Shown here: in pieces, positions 63,832 to 64,000 of the stretch
How positions within the stretch are numbered: the stretch's first letter is position 1
How the letters are laid out: each line of letters begins with the position of its first letter
DNA from: Mobula hypostoma
Lineage: Eukaryota
Reading direction: 5' to 3'
NCBI RefSeq assembly: GCF_963921235.1
Contig: NC_086097.1
Coordinates: 144,338,001-144,402,000 of the forward strand
Length of the DNA stretch: 64,000 nt
The notes under the pieces: model-generated
What the model was told of the DNA's origin: nothing
Databases searched by the model: none
Seen by the model: the letters and a program-made list of their open reading frames with translations, nothing else
Program-made: the position numbers and the translations under genes

Positions 63832-64000
63832 CCCATAAGACCATAGGACATAGGAACTGAATTAAACCATTCTACCCATCGAGTCTGCTCCTCCATTCGT
63901 TCATAGCTGATTTATTATCGCTCTCAAACCTATTCTCCTACCCATAACATTCAATCCTTACTAATCAAGAACCTATCGACCTCTGCTTTCAATATATCCA
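63832..64000 (-). mobile_element. CR1 3' end running off the window
   Basis: CCATAAGACCATAGGACATAGG...CCCATCGAGTCTGCTC...CAAGAACCTATC; reverse complement of the 13540-13735 type. Confidence 0.85.

Overview
Vertebrate, AT-rich, repeat-dense intergenic or intronic DNA. The repeat complement (V-SINEs, DeuSINE-like SINEs, CR1 and Rex-type LINEs, abundant Penelope-like elements) suggests a cartilaginous fish, probably a ray; this is an inference. No intact, recognisable protein-coding gene is visible. The ORFs I could identify are decayed transposon pieces: CR1 RT, Penelope RT/GIY-YIG, Gypsy pol, Tc1 transposase N-terminus and Rex RT. Main points of interest: (1) Penelope-derived repeats carry minimal hammerhead ribozyme motifs, including one intact core (50726-50761, minus strand) in a ~110-bp-arm hairpin inserted into a V-SINE with a 14-bp TSD, plus a series of CpG-decayed copies. 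(2) A multi-layer nested insertion stack is built on an old Gypsy pol at ~30.0-34.0 kb. (3) There is a nested hAT-in-hAT MITE, a Gypsy-type solo LTR with a 5-bp TSD, and a CR1 inserted into a 30-bp minisatellite. (4) A TE-poor, CpG-retaining, promoter-like island at ~17.0-19.2 kb has splice donors on both strands. (5) A speculative minus-strand three-exon micro-ORF or lncRNA spans 43.7-52.4 kb. Family names come from motif recognition by eye, and element boundaries are approximate unless a TSD or TIR is quoted.
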